Source of the DNA: a virus
Taxonomy: Duplodnaviria > Caudoviricetes
Virus record (IMG/VR): IMGVR_UViG_3300027974_000039
Location: 1 to 63,361 of that record
DNA: 63,361 nt
Strand: one strand, 5' to 3'
The notes under the pieces are model-generated. The model saw only the letters and a program-made list of their open reading frames with translations, was not told where the DNA came from and made no database searches. The translations under genes were made by a program, and so were the position numbers. Below are positions 1 to 8,962 of this stretch, piece by piece (position 1 is the first letter of the stretch; the number at the start of each line of letters is the position of its first letter).

Positions 1-1
1 T

Positions 2-94
2 AATCTAATTCTCAATATTTATAAAGAAAAAGAATCTGATGCTTTAAAAATTTATTTATCTCTAAAAGAAAAATTAGATAAGGAACTAATATAA
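2..94 (+). CDS. 3' end of an upstream hypothetical protein (partial)
   Basis: Open frame from the window edge (NLILNIYKEKE...DKELI) to TAA at 92-94, 1 nt before the next ATG. Confidence 0.4.
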   Translation, partial: NLILNIYKEKESDALKIYLSLKEKLDKELI

Positions 95-95
95 A

Positions 96-758
96 ATGAA
101 AAACATATACATGCTTAGCGATTGTCATTTGTCTAGAGCAATTGAACACTACTATCCAGAAAAATATGAAGTAAATTTTATTCCTTGGCCTAAAGCTGGT
201 CTTAAAATGCATGGATTTAATATTGAGTCATTAAAAGAAACAGATGAGTTATCTTCTGGTGTTGAAATTCAAAGGACTGTTAACCATGAGCCACAACCAT
301 TTTCAATTATTAAAGATGATGGTGTGTTAGTTATTTGGATGGGATATGTTGACATTAGAACATTCTTGTCTAGATATGAAAATGCAGATGAAACAGTAAA
401 AAACTTTATTGACGATATAAAAAAGAACTTTCCTGGTTCACAAGTTGTAATCATAGAGCCATTACCTCAGTTTACTGAGATGCTTTTAAAGCATGAAGGA
501 ATTAGTCCATATTACACACATGAGCAAAGATTAAATCAAAATAAATTGGTTTTGTCTGCACTACATAAGTATGCAAAAGAAGCGGGATTTGAAATAGTGA
601 TTACTCAGCAAGATATATTAGATGCATTGGGAGTTCCTGAGCTAACTCCATCTATGACGCATACAGATGCACCACATCCAGTAGACGGATTACATCCTGA
701 TCATATGGTCAAGATATGGAACCTATTTGCTGAAAAATTAAGTCCGTTAGCTATCTAG
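96..758 (+). CDS. SGNH/GDSL hydrolase-fold protein
   Basis: Block I-like LSDCH near the N-terminus, block III-like MGYVD, C-terminal DGLHP (DxxH). Confidence 0.55.
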   Translation: MKNIYMLSDCHLSRAIEHYYPEKYEVNFIPWPKAGLKMHGFNIESLKETDELSSGVEIQRTVNHEPQPFSIIKDDGVLVIWMGYVDIRTFLSRYENADETVKNFIDDIKKNFPGSQVVIIEPLPQFTEMLLKHEGISPYYTHEQRLNQNKLVLSALHKYAKEAGFEIVITQQDILDALGVPELTPSMTHTDAPHPVDGLHPDHMVKIWNLFAEKLSPLAI

Positions 759-1383
759 TTATTACTAAAATACCAGCAGGCAAGGTTTGAATATCTTTAC
801 CTATTGAAGCAGCTAAATCTTGTACAGCTTTTACGGCACCAGTAGAATAGTTATCGTGTGTATCTACCATTAAAATACCACCATCTACAATTTTATAGAA
901 TAAATTTTCTAGTACATTTTTTGTAGGCTCATATGTAGAAAGGTCTACATAAAGCAAAGATATTTTTTCTACTTTATCTAGTTCTGCTAATGAATTTACA
1001 GATACATTTTCAAAAGTAGATATGTTTTTATCAAAGATTTCGCGGTTAGGCTTAAAGGTATGTTCTTTATAAAATTCGTTATCAAATTCTCCTACATTTG
1101 TTATTCCTTCAAAAGAATCAAACAGATATACGGTAGATTTTGCGTTACTTGCTATAAAGAAAGATTGTTCTCCATTGTGTACTCCACATTGAACAAAGTT
1201 ACCTTCAATTGATTTAACTTGTTTAATTGCGCTATAGAGCACATAGTATCTTTCCCATTCTGGAAATGATTTAATATCAGCTTTGCCAATTATTTCCATG
1301 GCAACTTCAGCTTGCTTGTCTACAATAGACATAAATTCTGGATCAAGTACTTTGTCAGCCCATGGCTCAATTGTATAGTTCAT
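751..1383 (-). CDS. TylF/MycF/NovP-family O-methyltransferase-like protein
   Basis: GNFVQCGVHNG, FDSFEG, ISLLYVD..YE, GGILMVD match TylF family blocks. Start moved to ATG 1383, which has TATAAT 6 nt upstream. Confidence 0.75.
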   Translation of the reverse strand: MNYTIEPWADKVLDPEFMSIVDKQAEVAMEIIGKADIKSFPEWERYYVLYSAIKQVKSIEGNFVQCGVHNGEQSFFIASNAKSTVYLFDSFEGITNVGEFDNEFYKEHTFKPNREIFDKNISTFENVSVNSLAELDKVEKISLLYVDLSTYEPTKNVLENLFYKIVDGGILMVDTHDNYSTGAVKAVQDLAASIGKDIQTLPAGILVITR

Positions 1384-1446
1384 ATAACTATTATACAGTA
1401 TAAAATTACTAGTCAACTAGAATATTATGTATAGTATAATTACTAT

Positions 1447-1584
1447 ATGATTAAAAAATATTGTAAAAGGTTTATGATACCTACATTGATATTCTTTTCT
1501 GTTAGTATATTCATATATGATCAGATTAGAAAAATTGGCGGGATAAAAGATCTCTTTGACATAGAGGACGATAGTGAACTATAA
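1447..1584 (+). CDS. Small membrane protein (45 aa)
   Basis: MIKKYCKRFMIPTLIFFSVSIFIY... with one hydrophobic segment; TATAAT 6 nt upstream of the ATG; below the ORF-track cutoff. Confidence 0.5.
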   Translation: MIKKYCKRFMIPTLIFFSVSIFIYDQIRKIGGIKDLFDIEDDSEL

Positions 1585-1783
1585 TAAGTGGAAAGCATAT
1601 ATATTCCTAATTAGATTCTCCTTGTCGCTTATGAGTCTATATCTTGTCCTACTTGCTACTGGGAAAATTTAGAATATTACCGTAACGGGTTATTTTGGCC
1701 CCTCCCTGTCCTTGGGTAGGCAAATAGCCTAGTAAAGGCTTAGAGAGCCTCTAGAGGCTTTATACGGGGTATATCAGATAAGA

Positions 1784-1799
1784 TGTTTCACGTGGAACA
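1784..1799. promoter_or_regulatory. parS: parS (ParB-binding centromere-like site)
   Basis: TGTTTCACGTGGAACA; the reverse complement TGTTCCACGTGAAACA matches the bacterial consensus TGTTNCACGTGAAACA; intergenic. Confidence 0.8.
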
Positions 1800-1892
1800 A
1801 TATGTTACAGTTGACTAGAATGTGTTCTTCTCGCCGACGCACTTTTTTTCGCACTATATTACACTGAATTTAGGGAAAGGTATAATAATAAT

Positions 1893-3389
1893 ATGGATAA
1901 AAAGAATATAGTTATAGTTGGTGGCGGAACCGCTGGCTGGCTATCTGCTTTATTTGCTCAGCAAAGATACCCTGATCAAAACGTGGTACTGGTAGAGAGC
2001 GAAGAGATTGGAATCTTGGGCGCTGGAGAAGGAACTGTACCACAGCTCTTAAAATTACTACAAGCACTTGGCATTAGCCTAAGAGATTTAATTGCTAACA
2101 CTAAATCAACTATAAAAAATGGTATTGTATTTACAAACTGGTCTAACGACGGCGGCAAGTACATGCACGGGTTTACCTTTGAGCAAAACATATCCCCTTT
2201 TATTAAATCAATTGAATTTAAAGACAAACACTTTCTTAACTCAAGAATATTTGCTTATGCCAACAAAATGGCGCATGAAGATCATTGCTACTATACTATG
2301 ATATCTGATCAAAACCTTGTTCCATATGGTAATGCAGATTTAAATTATGAATATTACTCACAACACGCTTTTCACTTTGATGCTAGAGAGATGGCAAAAT
2401 ACTTAAAGTCTATAGCGACAGAAAGAGGCGTGGGGCATATTGAAGGCAGAGTAATTGATTGCGATATAGAGGGCTTAAACATAAATTCAATTACCCTAGA
2501 AGACAAAACAAAGGTTCCTGTAGACTTTCTTGTAGATTGCACTGGGTTTGCTAGATACTTTATTAAAAAGATGGGTGGTAAATGGATTAGTTACTCCGAC
2601 ACCCTTCCAGCAAACTCCGCACAAGCATTCTTTTTAAAAATGGAAAACCCAGAAGAAATAGAGCCATATACAGAATCTACTGCTACCGATTTTGGATGGA
2701 CTTGGAAGATTCCTTTGCAGCACAGATACGGGTGTGGGTATGTTTATGATTCAAGACTTGTTTCTAACGAAGATGTAAAGAAAGAGATTTTAGAAAAGTA
2801 CGGAGATGTACAGTTTGTAAAGCATTTTACATTTGACCCAGGAACATTTGAAAAAATTTGGATTGGAAACTGTCTTGCTGTTGGGTTATCTGCTGGTTTT
2901 GTAGAGCCACTAGAGGCAACATCGTTACAGATGACTGCGACAACCTTAAGTAGAGTCTTTCATTCAGAAGTAGATATCTTTAACCCATTTGGCATGAAAG
3001 AAAGAATTAATGATCGTGCTTTTAAAGATTCTGAATCAGTAAAAGAATTTATATACTTACACTATATGACAAATAAAACAAACAACAGTTTTTGGAAAGA
3101 TTTTATTTTAAACAACAAAATGCCAGAGGCTTTAAAATCTGTATACGATGATTTTATAAATGTTAAACTTATCCACGACTATGATTTAATGTGGCCAGAG
3201 TATAGCTACTACATAGTTGCTTATGGCAACGGTATAATGGATCAGGAGAAACTAATAAAGTTTTCCAATGAAAACCTAGAAAGATTCTCTGATCAAATAT
3301 ATGCAAACTTTAAGTTAAAAAAAGAGCTTGCAAATAATAGTGCTAAACATTTCGACTTCTTAAAGTTTAACGGGGGATTTAATGAGTAA
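1893..3389 (+). CDS. Tryptophan halogenase-family flavin-dependent enzyme
   Basis: GGGTAG FAD motif, GEGT, TIKNGI (catalytic Lys position), WTWKIP (WxWxIP), FVEPLEAT. Confidence 0.9.
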   Translation: MDKKNIVIVGGGTAGWLSALFAQQRYPDQNVVLVESEEIGILGAGEGTVPQLLKLLQALGISLRDLIANTKSTIKNGIVFTNWSNDGGKYMHGFTFEQNISPFIKSIEFKDKHFLNSRIFAYANKMAHEDHCYYTMISDQNLVPYGNADLNYEYYSQHAFHFDAREMAKYLKSIATERGVGHIEGRVIDCDIEGLNINSITLEDKTKVPVDFLVDCTGFARYFIKKMGGKWISYSDTLPANSAQAFFLKMENPEEIEPYTESTATDFGWTWKIPLQHRYGCGYVYDSRLVSNEDVKKEILEKYGDVQFVKHFTFDPGTFEKIWIGNCLAVGLSAGFVEPLEATSLQMTATTLSRVFHSEVDIFNPFGMKERINDRAFKDSESVKEFIYLHYMTNKTNNSFWKDFILNNKMPEALKSVYDDFINVKLIHDYDLMWPEYSYYIVAYGNGIMDQEKLIKFSNENLERFSDQIYANFKLKKELANNSAKHFDFLKFNGGFNE

Positions 3390-3660
3390 CATAAAGTATG
3401 TTTTGTCGCAGATGGGCAATATGTCTTATTGGAACAAGGTTAATTTTATAGAGTTTATATCCTTTATGACTAAGGTCACCATTATTGTGCCAGGTCTTCT
3501 TTTTGGGAAACAGTGGTGGTGGCTTTATATATTTGCATTAATTTCCAGCATGTCTCTTATTTGGACATCAACTAAAAAAACTTTGCCAACTATTATTATA
3601 TTTAATATAATTTGGTGCTGCTTAGCTGCTTCAGCTATCCTTAAACACTTTTTGCTTTAG
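3382..3660 (+). CDS. Small integral membrane protein
   Basis: 92 aa with about three hydrophobic segments; overlaps the halogenase stop. Confidence 0.65.
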   Translation: MSNIKYVLSQMGNMSYWNKVNFIEFISFMTKVTIIVPGLLFGKQWWWLYIFALISSMSLIWTSTKKTLPTIIIFNIIWCCLAASAILKHFLL

Positions 3661-4505
3661 TGTTCTTTAAACTCGCCCATAAATGCATCAGAAAGAGCTT
3701 CACCTTCTAATCCAGAAGATTGATAAAGCTTAATTCTATCTTTTGTAAATTGAGGATTTTCTTTTAATGGTCTATTCCATATATTTACAAATTCTTTCAA
3801 GGAAAGAGTGTCTTTATCTTTAATTTGTTCATAATATTCTGGAGTTTTATAATTGTAAAAAGTTCCTGGATTGTCTTCTGCCTTTAAAACAAAATTTGAA
3901 AATGCATATCTTTTACCAGAGGAAACTGGCTCTACTCCATGTGCATGTGGGGAGAATGCTCCATGTATAACTAAATCTCCTCTTTCTGGTTTAATGGTTA
4001 AACGATTTTCTTCCGTTACTGCATCTCTTCTATTTCCATCTTGATCAATATTTACGTAAAATATTTCTCCGCCTGTAAAATCTCCAAAATATCCGACTAA
4101 ACCAAAATCTAAATCGCAACAAGTTTTCCATACATCTACTTGAGAAAGTCTATGACATTCTCCCTTTCCAGGAGAATCTGAATGTGTAAACATTCCTTCG
4201 TTCATTTCTGGAGTTATAATTAATACATTGCCCTGTGGATGCATTACGTATTCTGGATATAAAAGTTCGCTAGCTTTTTCCCAAAGTGGGTGCATTGATT
4301 TAAGAGATGGACTTACTTTATTTGCATACCAGCTTATAAGAGTGTCTCCATATTTATCACTCATATCATAATCTTTTAATTCATCTTCTACAGTTTTGCA
4401 TTCTTCATCAGTATAAAATCCTTTAAAAAGAAAAACTCCGCTTTGTGTTCCATAATCATCTGGGAAAAAAGAAACTTTAATACAATCTTCTCTATCATAA
4501 AACAT
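3657..4505 (-). CDS. 2OG-Fe(II) oxygenase (prolyl 4-hydroxylase-like)
   Basis: HSD ... FTGGEI ... HGVEPV..GKRY. Confidence 0.85.
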   Translation of the reverse strand: MFYDREDCIKVSFFPDDYGTQSGVFLFKGFYTDEECKTVEDELKDYDMSDKYGDTLISWYANKVSPSLKSMHPLWEKASELLYPEYVMHPQGNVLIITPEMNEGMFTHSDSPGKGECHRLSQVDVWKTCCDLDFGLVGYFGDFTGGEIFYVNIDQDGNRRDAVTEENRLTIKPERGDLVIHGAFSPHAHGVEPVSSGKRYAFSNFVLKAEDNPGTFYNYKTPEYYEQIKDKDTLSLKEFVNIWNRPLKENPQFTKDRIKLYQSSGLEGEALSDAFMGEFKEH

Positions 4506-4639
4506 TATTTTTTACCAACCTTTTCTAATATTTTTTCCAATAAAGATTTATGCTTGTGATGGTTTTTAATTTTGCATGTTTCATCGCAATTATGATTAAA
4601 TTGTGGACTTGCCATCCACTTTGCAAAATGATGTGCCAT
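4505..4639 (-). CDS. Small His/Cys-rich protein (44 aa)
   Basis: MAHHFAKWMASPQFNHNCDETCKIKNHHKHK...; stop overlaps the next start; TGCTATAAT upstream. Confidence 0.55.
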   Translation of the reverse strand: MAHHFAKWMASPQFNHNCDETCKIKNHHKHKSLLEKILEKVGKK

Positions 4640-4660
4640 AGTAATTATATTATAGCATGC

Positions 4661-4694
4661 AAAACCCCTACAGAGGCGGATCCGTAGGGGTTTT
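4661..4694 (-). terminator. Intrinsic terminator (potentially bidirectional)
   Basis: AAAACCCCTAC-loop-GTAGGGGTTTT inverted repeat. Confidence 0.7.
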
Positions 4695-4766
4695 GTGCAT
4701 TTTCATGCATACGCCAGGATTTACTCAACTAGCGTAATATCATTTTATATTATAATTGATAAAATA

Positions 4767-4958
4767 TCAAGATGTTGTTACAATATTTTTTTCTTCAAGC
4801 TGTTTTAAAACTTCTAAAAGCAAATAATTTACTGCAACTGTGCTTTTTTCAATACTTTCATCTGCATCTGTTTCACTCATACCGTTTTGTAGGCAAAGTG
4901 TTTTATTAGCTTCATCAAAAGCCAGATGCATTGTTTTTAATATTTCTTCTTTATTCAT
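4767..4958 (-). CDS. Hypothetical protein
   Basis: 63 aa ORF in a packed minus-strand run, SD-like GGAG upstream. Confidence 0.65.
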   Translation of the reverse strand: MNKEEILKTMHLAFDEANKTLCLQNGMSETDADESIEKSTVAVNYLLLEVLKQLEEKNIVTTS

Positions 4959-5163
4959 TGTCTTCTCCTGGTTTAAAAGAAGGGACTGGCCCTAGTAGGT
5001 ATCCCGCTTGATGATATTCTATCATTTTTTCAACTTCTTGTGAACCCACTACCTTGTTTGCAATAATTGATAGTAGGTCATAAATTCTATGTAGCATTAT
5101 ATAAGTAACCATTGGTAGGTTATCTTCTAGATTACTCGTTTCCGCCTTTTGGTCTTCCTGCAT
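4951..5163 (-). CDS. Hypothetical protein
   Basis: 70 aa ORF overlapping the next gene by 8 nt. Confidence 0.6.
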   Translation of the reverse strand: MQEDQKAETSNLEDNLPMVTYIMLHRIYDLLSIIANKVVGSQEVEKMIEYHQAGYLLGPVPSFKPGEDNE

Positions 5164-5222
5164 CTAACCACCATATTTCTCTACCCATAGCATCCGTTTC
5201 GGAAACTACTCCTGATTCAAAT

Positions 5223-5438
5223 TCAAACTCTTTTTTGTTCATTTACTAATTTTACTATATCTTCATACTTAGACAGACCCATGGTATTTTTATAATTGCA
5301 TTCAAGGCAGTATAGGTATATTAAAGATTCTCCGTCGCCATTGCATAAAAGAGAACCTTGATCCTGTGGGCATAAAAGCTTAGGAACAAGGCCCTCTTCC
5401 GAAAGTTTAATGTAAGTAGACACATACTGTATCTTCAT
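5223..5438 (-). CDS. Small zinc-ribbon-like protein
   Basis: CPQD...CLEC motifs; AAGGAAG upstream. Confidence 0.65.
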   Translation of the reverse strand: MKIQYVSTYIKLSEEGLVPKLLCPQDQGSLLCNGDGESLIYLYCLECNYKNTMGLSKYEDIVKLVNEQKRV

Positions 5439-5450
5439 TACACTTCCTTT

Positions 5451-6005
5451 CTAACTATTTGGGAACTTTAAATAAAATTCCTGCGCTCTTGGGGTTAAAC
5501 CCTTCCAAGCTGACCAATCAGTTCCGCCATTGGTCATATAATACGCTATCTCTGCATTTGTAGTTGGGTCAAACAATAACTCGTTTGACTTTAAGCTAAA
5601 TTTTTCTTTACGATCTGTGCCGAGTTCACCCAACATATTGATCTGAAAAATTCCGTAAGAACTGTCTCCAGTATTCCTGTTACCATTGTATGCTAGTGGT
5701 CGTCCATTGGACTCCCTCTTAGCAATGGCCCAAGCCGTTTTAAGGGCTTTTCCTTCAAAACCTACTGCCCACAAAAGATCTTTTAAATCTTCATCTGACA
5801 GAGCCTGAGAAGGCTTGTAAACAGTATTGCTGTACTTCTCTAAGGTTTCTTTCTTAAGTTGTACTTCTGTCTTTGGTTGTACTATTAAAGCTTGTGCATA
5901 TGTTGCATTAACTGTGTTGGAAAACAAAAACATTACTGTTAATGTTATCGCAGCATATTGATGAACAATATCGCTTAAGCTTTTCTTTATATTCTCCATT
6001 GGCAT
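5451..6005 (-). CDS. Lysozyme-like/lytic transglycosylase with N-terminal signal or membrane anchor
   Basis: AIAKRESNG (catalytic Glu), SYGIFQIN, LFDPTTN, DWSAW; hydrophobic N-terminal stretch; GGAGG immediately upstream of ATG 6005 (ATG 5999 is also possible). Confidence 0.85.
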   Translation of the reverse strand: MPMENIKKSLSDIVHQYAAITLTVMFLFSNTVNATYAQALIVQPKTEVQLKKETLEKYSNTVYKPSQALSDEDLKDLLWAVGFEGKALKTAWAIAKRESNGRPLAYNGNRNTGDSSYGIFQINMLGELGTDRKEKFSLKSNELLFDPTTNAEIAYYMTNGGTDWSAWKGLTPRAQEFYLKFPNS

Positions 6006-6104
6006 TTCCTCCTTTAGAGATAGCGAACTATAATCATACCATTGTAACAAAGAATATGTCAAATACTTTTTCTCTTGACATAGAATATCTATTTAGTATA
6101 ATTC

Positions 6105-6240
6105 CAATAGGGGGGTCGGGGGGTCAGCAAATCAACAAAAATCAACATATATTATATATATGTATATATAGAGTATTATATATTATAGTTAACTAAAAAA
6201 CAATCATAAAAATCTTTTTTCTTTTCTTTTATAAAAAAGT
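6105..6240. other. AT-rich divergent intergenic region (promoters, possible origin)
   Basis: GGGGGTC twice, then a long alternating TA tract and A/T runs between divergent genes. Confidence 0.35.
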
Positions 6241-6302
6241 TTGATACACTTAGACTTCACTTAAAAAATAATCAATCCGTCAGGCGGAAGAAAAGGCGAC
6301 AC

Positions 6303-8237
6303 ATGAAAAATACTATCGAAAACCCATATGAAAATTTTATTGCACTATCTAGATATGCTAAATGGGTAGAAGCAGAAGGACGCAGAGAGACATGGGGAGA
6401 AACAGTAGATAGATATTTTTCTTTTATTACAAACCATTTGCAGCAAAACCACAATTACATTCCAGATGAAAAGCTTGTTGCGGAATTAAAAGAGTTTGTA
6501 TTTCAAAGAAATGTAATGCCGTCCATGAGATCTGTAATGACTTCTGGCGCTGCACTAGATAGAGATAATGTTGCTGGATACAATTGTGCGTTCCTGCCAG
6601 TTGATTCTCCAAAATCATTTGATGAAACAATGTACATTTTGATGTGCGGAACTGGCGTCGGATTCTCTGTTGAATACAAGTACATTAACAAGCTTCCTCC
6701 AGTCCCAGAAACTTTGGAAAAATCAACTACAGTTATTACAGTAGAAGATTCTAAACAAGGTTGGGCAAAAGCATACCGTGAGTTGCTTGCATTATTATGG
6801 TCTGGACAAATTCCATCAATAGATGTTACTAAAGTTAGACCAGCTGGAACAAGACTTAAGACAATGGGTGGTAGATCATCTGGTCCACAACCACTTGTAA
6901 ACCTTTTTGATTTTACTATTGCAAAATTTAAAAACGCCACTGGTAGAAACCTTAAACCAATTGAGTGCCATGATATTATGTGCAAAATTGGAGAAGTTGT
7001 AGTTGTTGGCGGAGTTAGACGTTCTGCAATGATTTCTTTATCTAATATTAATGATATTGAGATGGCACAAGCAAAATCAGGAAACTGGTGGGAGCAAAGC
7101 CCACAACGTGCATTATCAAATAATTCAGTTGCATATTCTCGCAAACCAGAAATGGAACAGTTTATTTCTGAATGGAAATCTTTATATGATTCTAAGTCTG
7201 GGGAACGTGGTATATATAATGTAGCAGCAGCACAAGCACAAGCTGCAAAGTATGGTCGCAGAGATCCAGATATTCATTATGGAACTAATCCATGTTCTGA
7301 GATTATTTTGCGTCCTTATCAGTTTTGCAATCTTTCAGAAGTTGTATTGCGTGAAAATGATACTAAAAAAGATATTCAGCGCAAGGTAGAGCTAGCAACT
7401 ATTCTTGGTACATGGCAATCAACTCTTACAGATTTTAAATATCTTAGAAAAATTTGGAAAGATAACACAGAAGAAGAAAGACTTCTAGGAGTTTCTTTGA
7501 CTGGGCAATTTGGTCACAAATTCATGTCTGGTAAAGAAGATTTAATTTCACTAGAAGCATTCTTAATGACATTGCGTGAAAAAGCAAGAGAAGTAAACAG
7601 AGAAGAGTCTGGAAAAATTGGGATTCCAGAATCTGCAGCAATCACATGTGTTAAACCTTCTGGAACAGTATCTCAATTGGTTGGGGTATCTTCAGGAATG
7701 CATCCTTGGCATTCTCCATACTATATTCGTACAGTTCGTGGTTCAAAGGGAGATCCAATTTCAACATTTTTAAAAGAAGTTGGAATTCCAGTTGAAGATG
7801 ATGTAATGAAGCCAAACGAGACTTATGTGTTTTCGTTTCCAGTAAAAGCACCAGAGGGTGCAATTGTTAGAAATGATTTGACAGCAATTGATCATTTAAA
7901 TATATGGCTTGTATATCAACGTGCATGGTGTGAACACAAACCTTCTATTACTGTATCAGTTAAAGAAGATGAATGGATGGAAGTAGGAGCATGGGTATAT
8001 AAAAACTTTGATGAAGTTTCTGGTATTTCATTTTTGCCTCATTCAGAGCACACATATAAACAAGCCCCATATCAAGAAATTTCAAAAGAAGAATATGAGA
8101 CTTTAGTGGCAAAAATGCCTAGTAATATTCGCTGGGAAGACTTGTCATTTTATGAGACAGAAGACGGAACTTCAACAAATGCAACACTGGCCTGTAGCTC
8201 AGATGGAAATTGCGAACTTGTAGATATTTCGGCTTAA
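6303..8237 (+). CDS. nrdJ: Class II (adenosylcobalamin-dependent) ribonucleotide reductase
   Basis: YNCAF, GGVRRSA, TNPCSEI (thiyl radical Cys), CNLSE, TCVKPSGT, C-terminal Cys pair; no small-subunit gene adjacent. Confidence 0.95.
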   Translation: MKNTIENPYENFIALSRYAKWVEAEGRRETWGETVDRYFSFITNHLQQNHNYIPDEKLVAELKEFVFQRNVMPSMRSVMTSGAALDRDNVAGYNCAFLPVDSPKSFDETMYILMCGTGVGFSVEYKYINKLPPVPETLEKSTTVITVEDSKQGWAKAYRELLALLWSGQIPSIDVTKVRPAGTRLKTMGGRSSGPQPLVNLFDFTIAKFKNATGRNLKPIECHDIMCKIGEVVVVGGVRRSAMISLSNINDIEMAQAKSGNWWEQSPQRALSNNSVAYSRKPEMEQFISEWKSLYDSKSGERGIYNVAAAQAQAAKYGRRDPDIHYGTNPCSEIILRPYQFCNLSEVVLRENDTKKDIQRKVELATILGTWQSTLTDFKYLRKIWKDNTEEERLLGVSLTGQFGHKFMSGKEDLISLEAFLMTLREKAREVNREESGKIGIPESAAITCVKPSGTVSQLVGVSSGMHPWHSPYYIRTVRGSKGDPISTFLKEVGIPVEDDVMKPNETYVFSFPVKAPEGAIVRNDLTAIDHLNIWLVYQRAWCEHKPSITVSVKEDEWMEVGAWVYKNFDEVSGISFLPHSEHTYKQAPYQEISKEEYETLVAKMPSNIRWEDLSFYETEDGTSTNATLACSSDGNCELVDISA

Positions 8238-8306
8238 TGGTAAACTTATAGGATTGGGTAACACCAAAATTCATGGGCAAACCAGCCCACGAGGAGATGA
8301 TAAAAA

Positions 8307-8549
8307 ATGGCTATCAAAAAATTTGATAAAGCTGATTTAAATAAAGATGGGAAAGTAACTATGCAAGAACAAATCTTAGCAGCAATAGGAACTTACGGAA
8401 GAGCATTTTTGGCAGCAGCCACGGCTCTATATATGACTGGCAATACAAATCCAAAGGATTTAATTGCGGCTGGAGTAGCAGCAATTGCCCCAGTAATCCT
8501 AAAGGCATTAAGCCCAAGCAATAAAGAGTTCGGATTTACATCCAAGTAA
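8307..8549 (+). CDS. Holin-like membrane protein with N-terminal EF-hand motif
   Basis: DLNKDGKVTMQE EF-hand loop, two hydrophobic helices, C-terminal P..KEFG resembling actinophage holins. Confidence 0.65.
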   Translation: MAIKKFDKADLNKDGKVTMQEQILAAIGTYGRAFLAAATALYMTGNTNPKDLIAAGVAAIAPVILKALSPSNKEFGFTSK

Positions 8550-8565
8550 TTATTAGTCAATTGAG

Positions 8566-8606
8566 AATGCCCTTATGCTAAAATAGTGTAAGGGTATTTT
8601 CTTTTT
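8566..8606 (+). terminator. Intrinsic terminator overlapping an extended -10 element
   Basis: AATGCCCTTATGCTA-AAA-TAGTGTAAGGGTATT then T-rich tail; contains TGCTAAAAT. Confidence 0.55.
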
Positions 8607-8617
8607 AGGGGTAAAAA

Positions 8618-8962
8618 ATGGCAGCTCAAAAAAATTTTCAGGTAGACGAGAATGCAACGTTTACTTTTGAGGTGCAATATCTTGATGAAGACAATCAACC
8701 AATACAATTAAACCATCACACAGCAAAAATGCAAGTAAGAGATACACAAGGCGGTAAGAAATTAGCATTTACATTATCTGATGTAGATGGAATAACAATT
8801 ACACCTTCACTTGGAAAACTTTCAGTTTCTGTTTCAGCAGAAAGAACTAAAAAACTTTTTTATCCAAAATCTGCATATGATTTAGTTTTAATTGACCCTA
8901 GCGTAAATGTAACAAGACTTTTAGAAGGATATCTAACATTAAATAGGGCGGTGACACTGTAA
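8618..8962 (+). CDS. Virion beta-sandwich protein (fibre adaptor-like)
   Basis: ATF...AKMQVR...YDLVL...RLLEG pattern typical of small fibre-anchoring Ig-like phage proteins. Confidence 0.65.
   Translation: MAAQKNFQVDENATFTFEVQYLDEDNQPIQLNHHTAKMQVRDTQGGKKLAFTLSDVDGITITPSLGKLSVSVSAERTKKLFYPKSAYDLVLIDPSVNVTRLLEGYLTLNRAVTL

Noticed and set aside
6200-6302. Cobalamin riboswitch upstream of nrdJ
   Set aside because: The leader is too short and AT-rich; no B12 box
8250-8300. c-di-GMP-I riboswitch (GGGCAAACC)
   Set aside because: Only a short hairpin; the GNRA loop, GCAAA junction and second stem are absent
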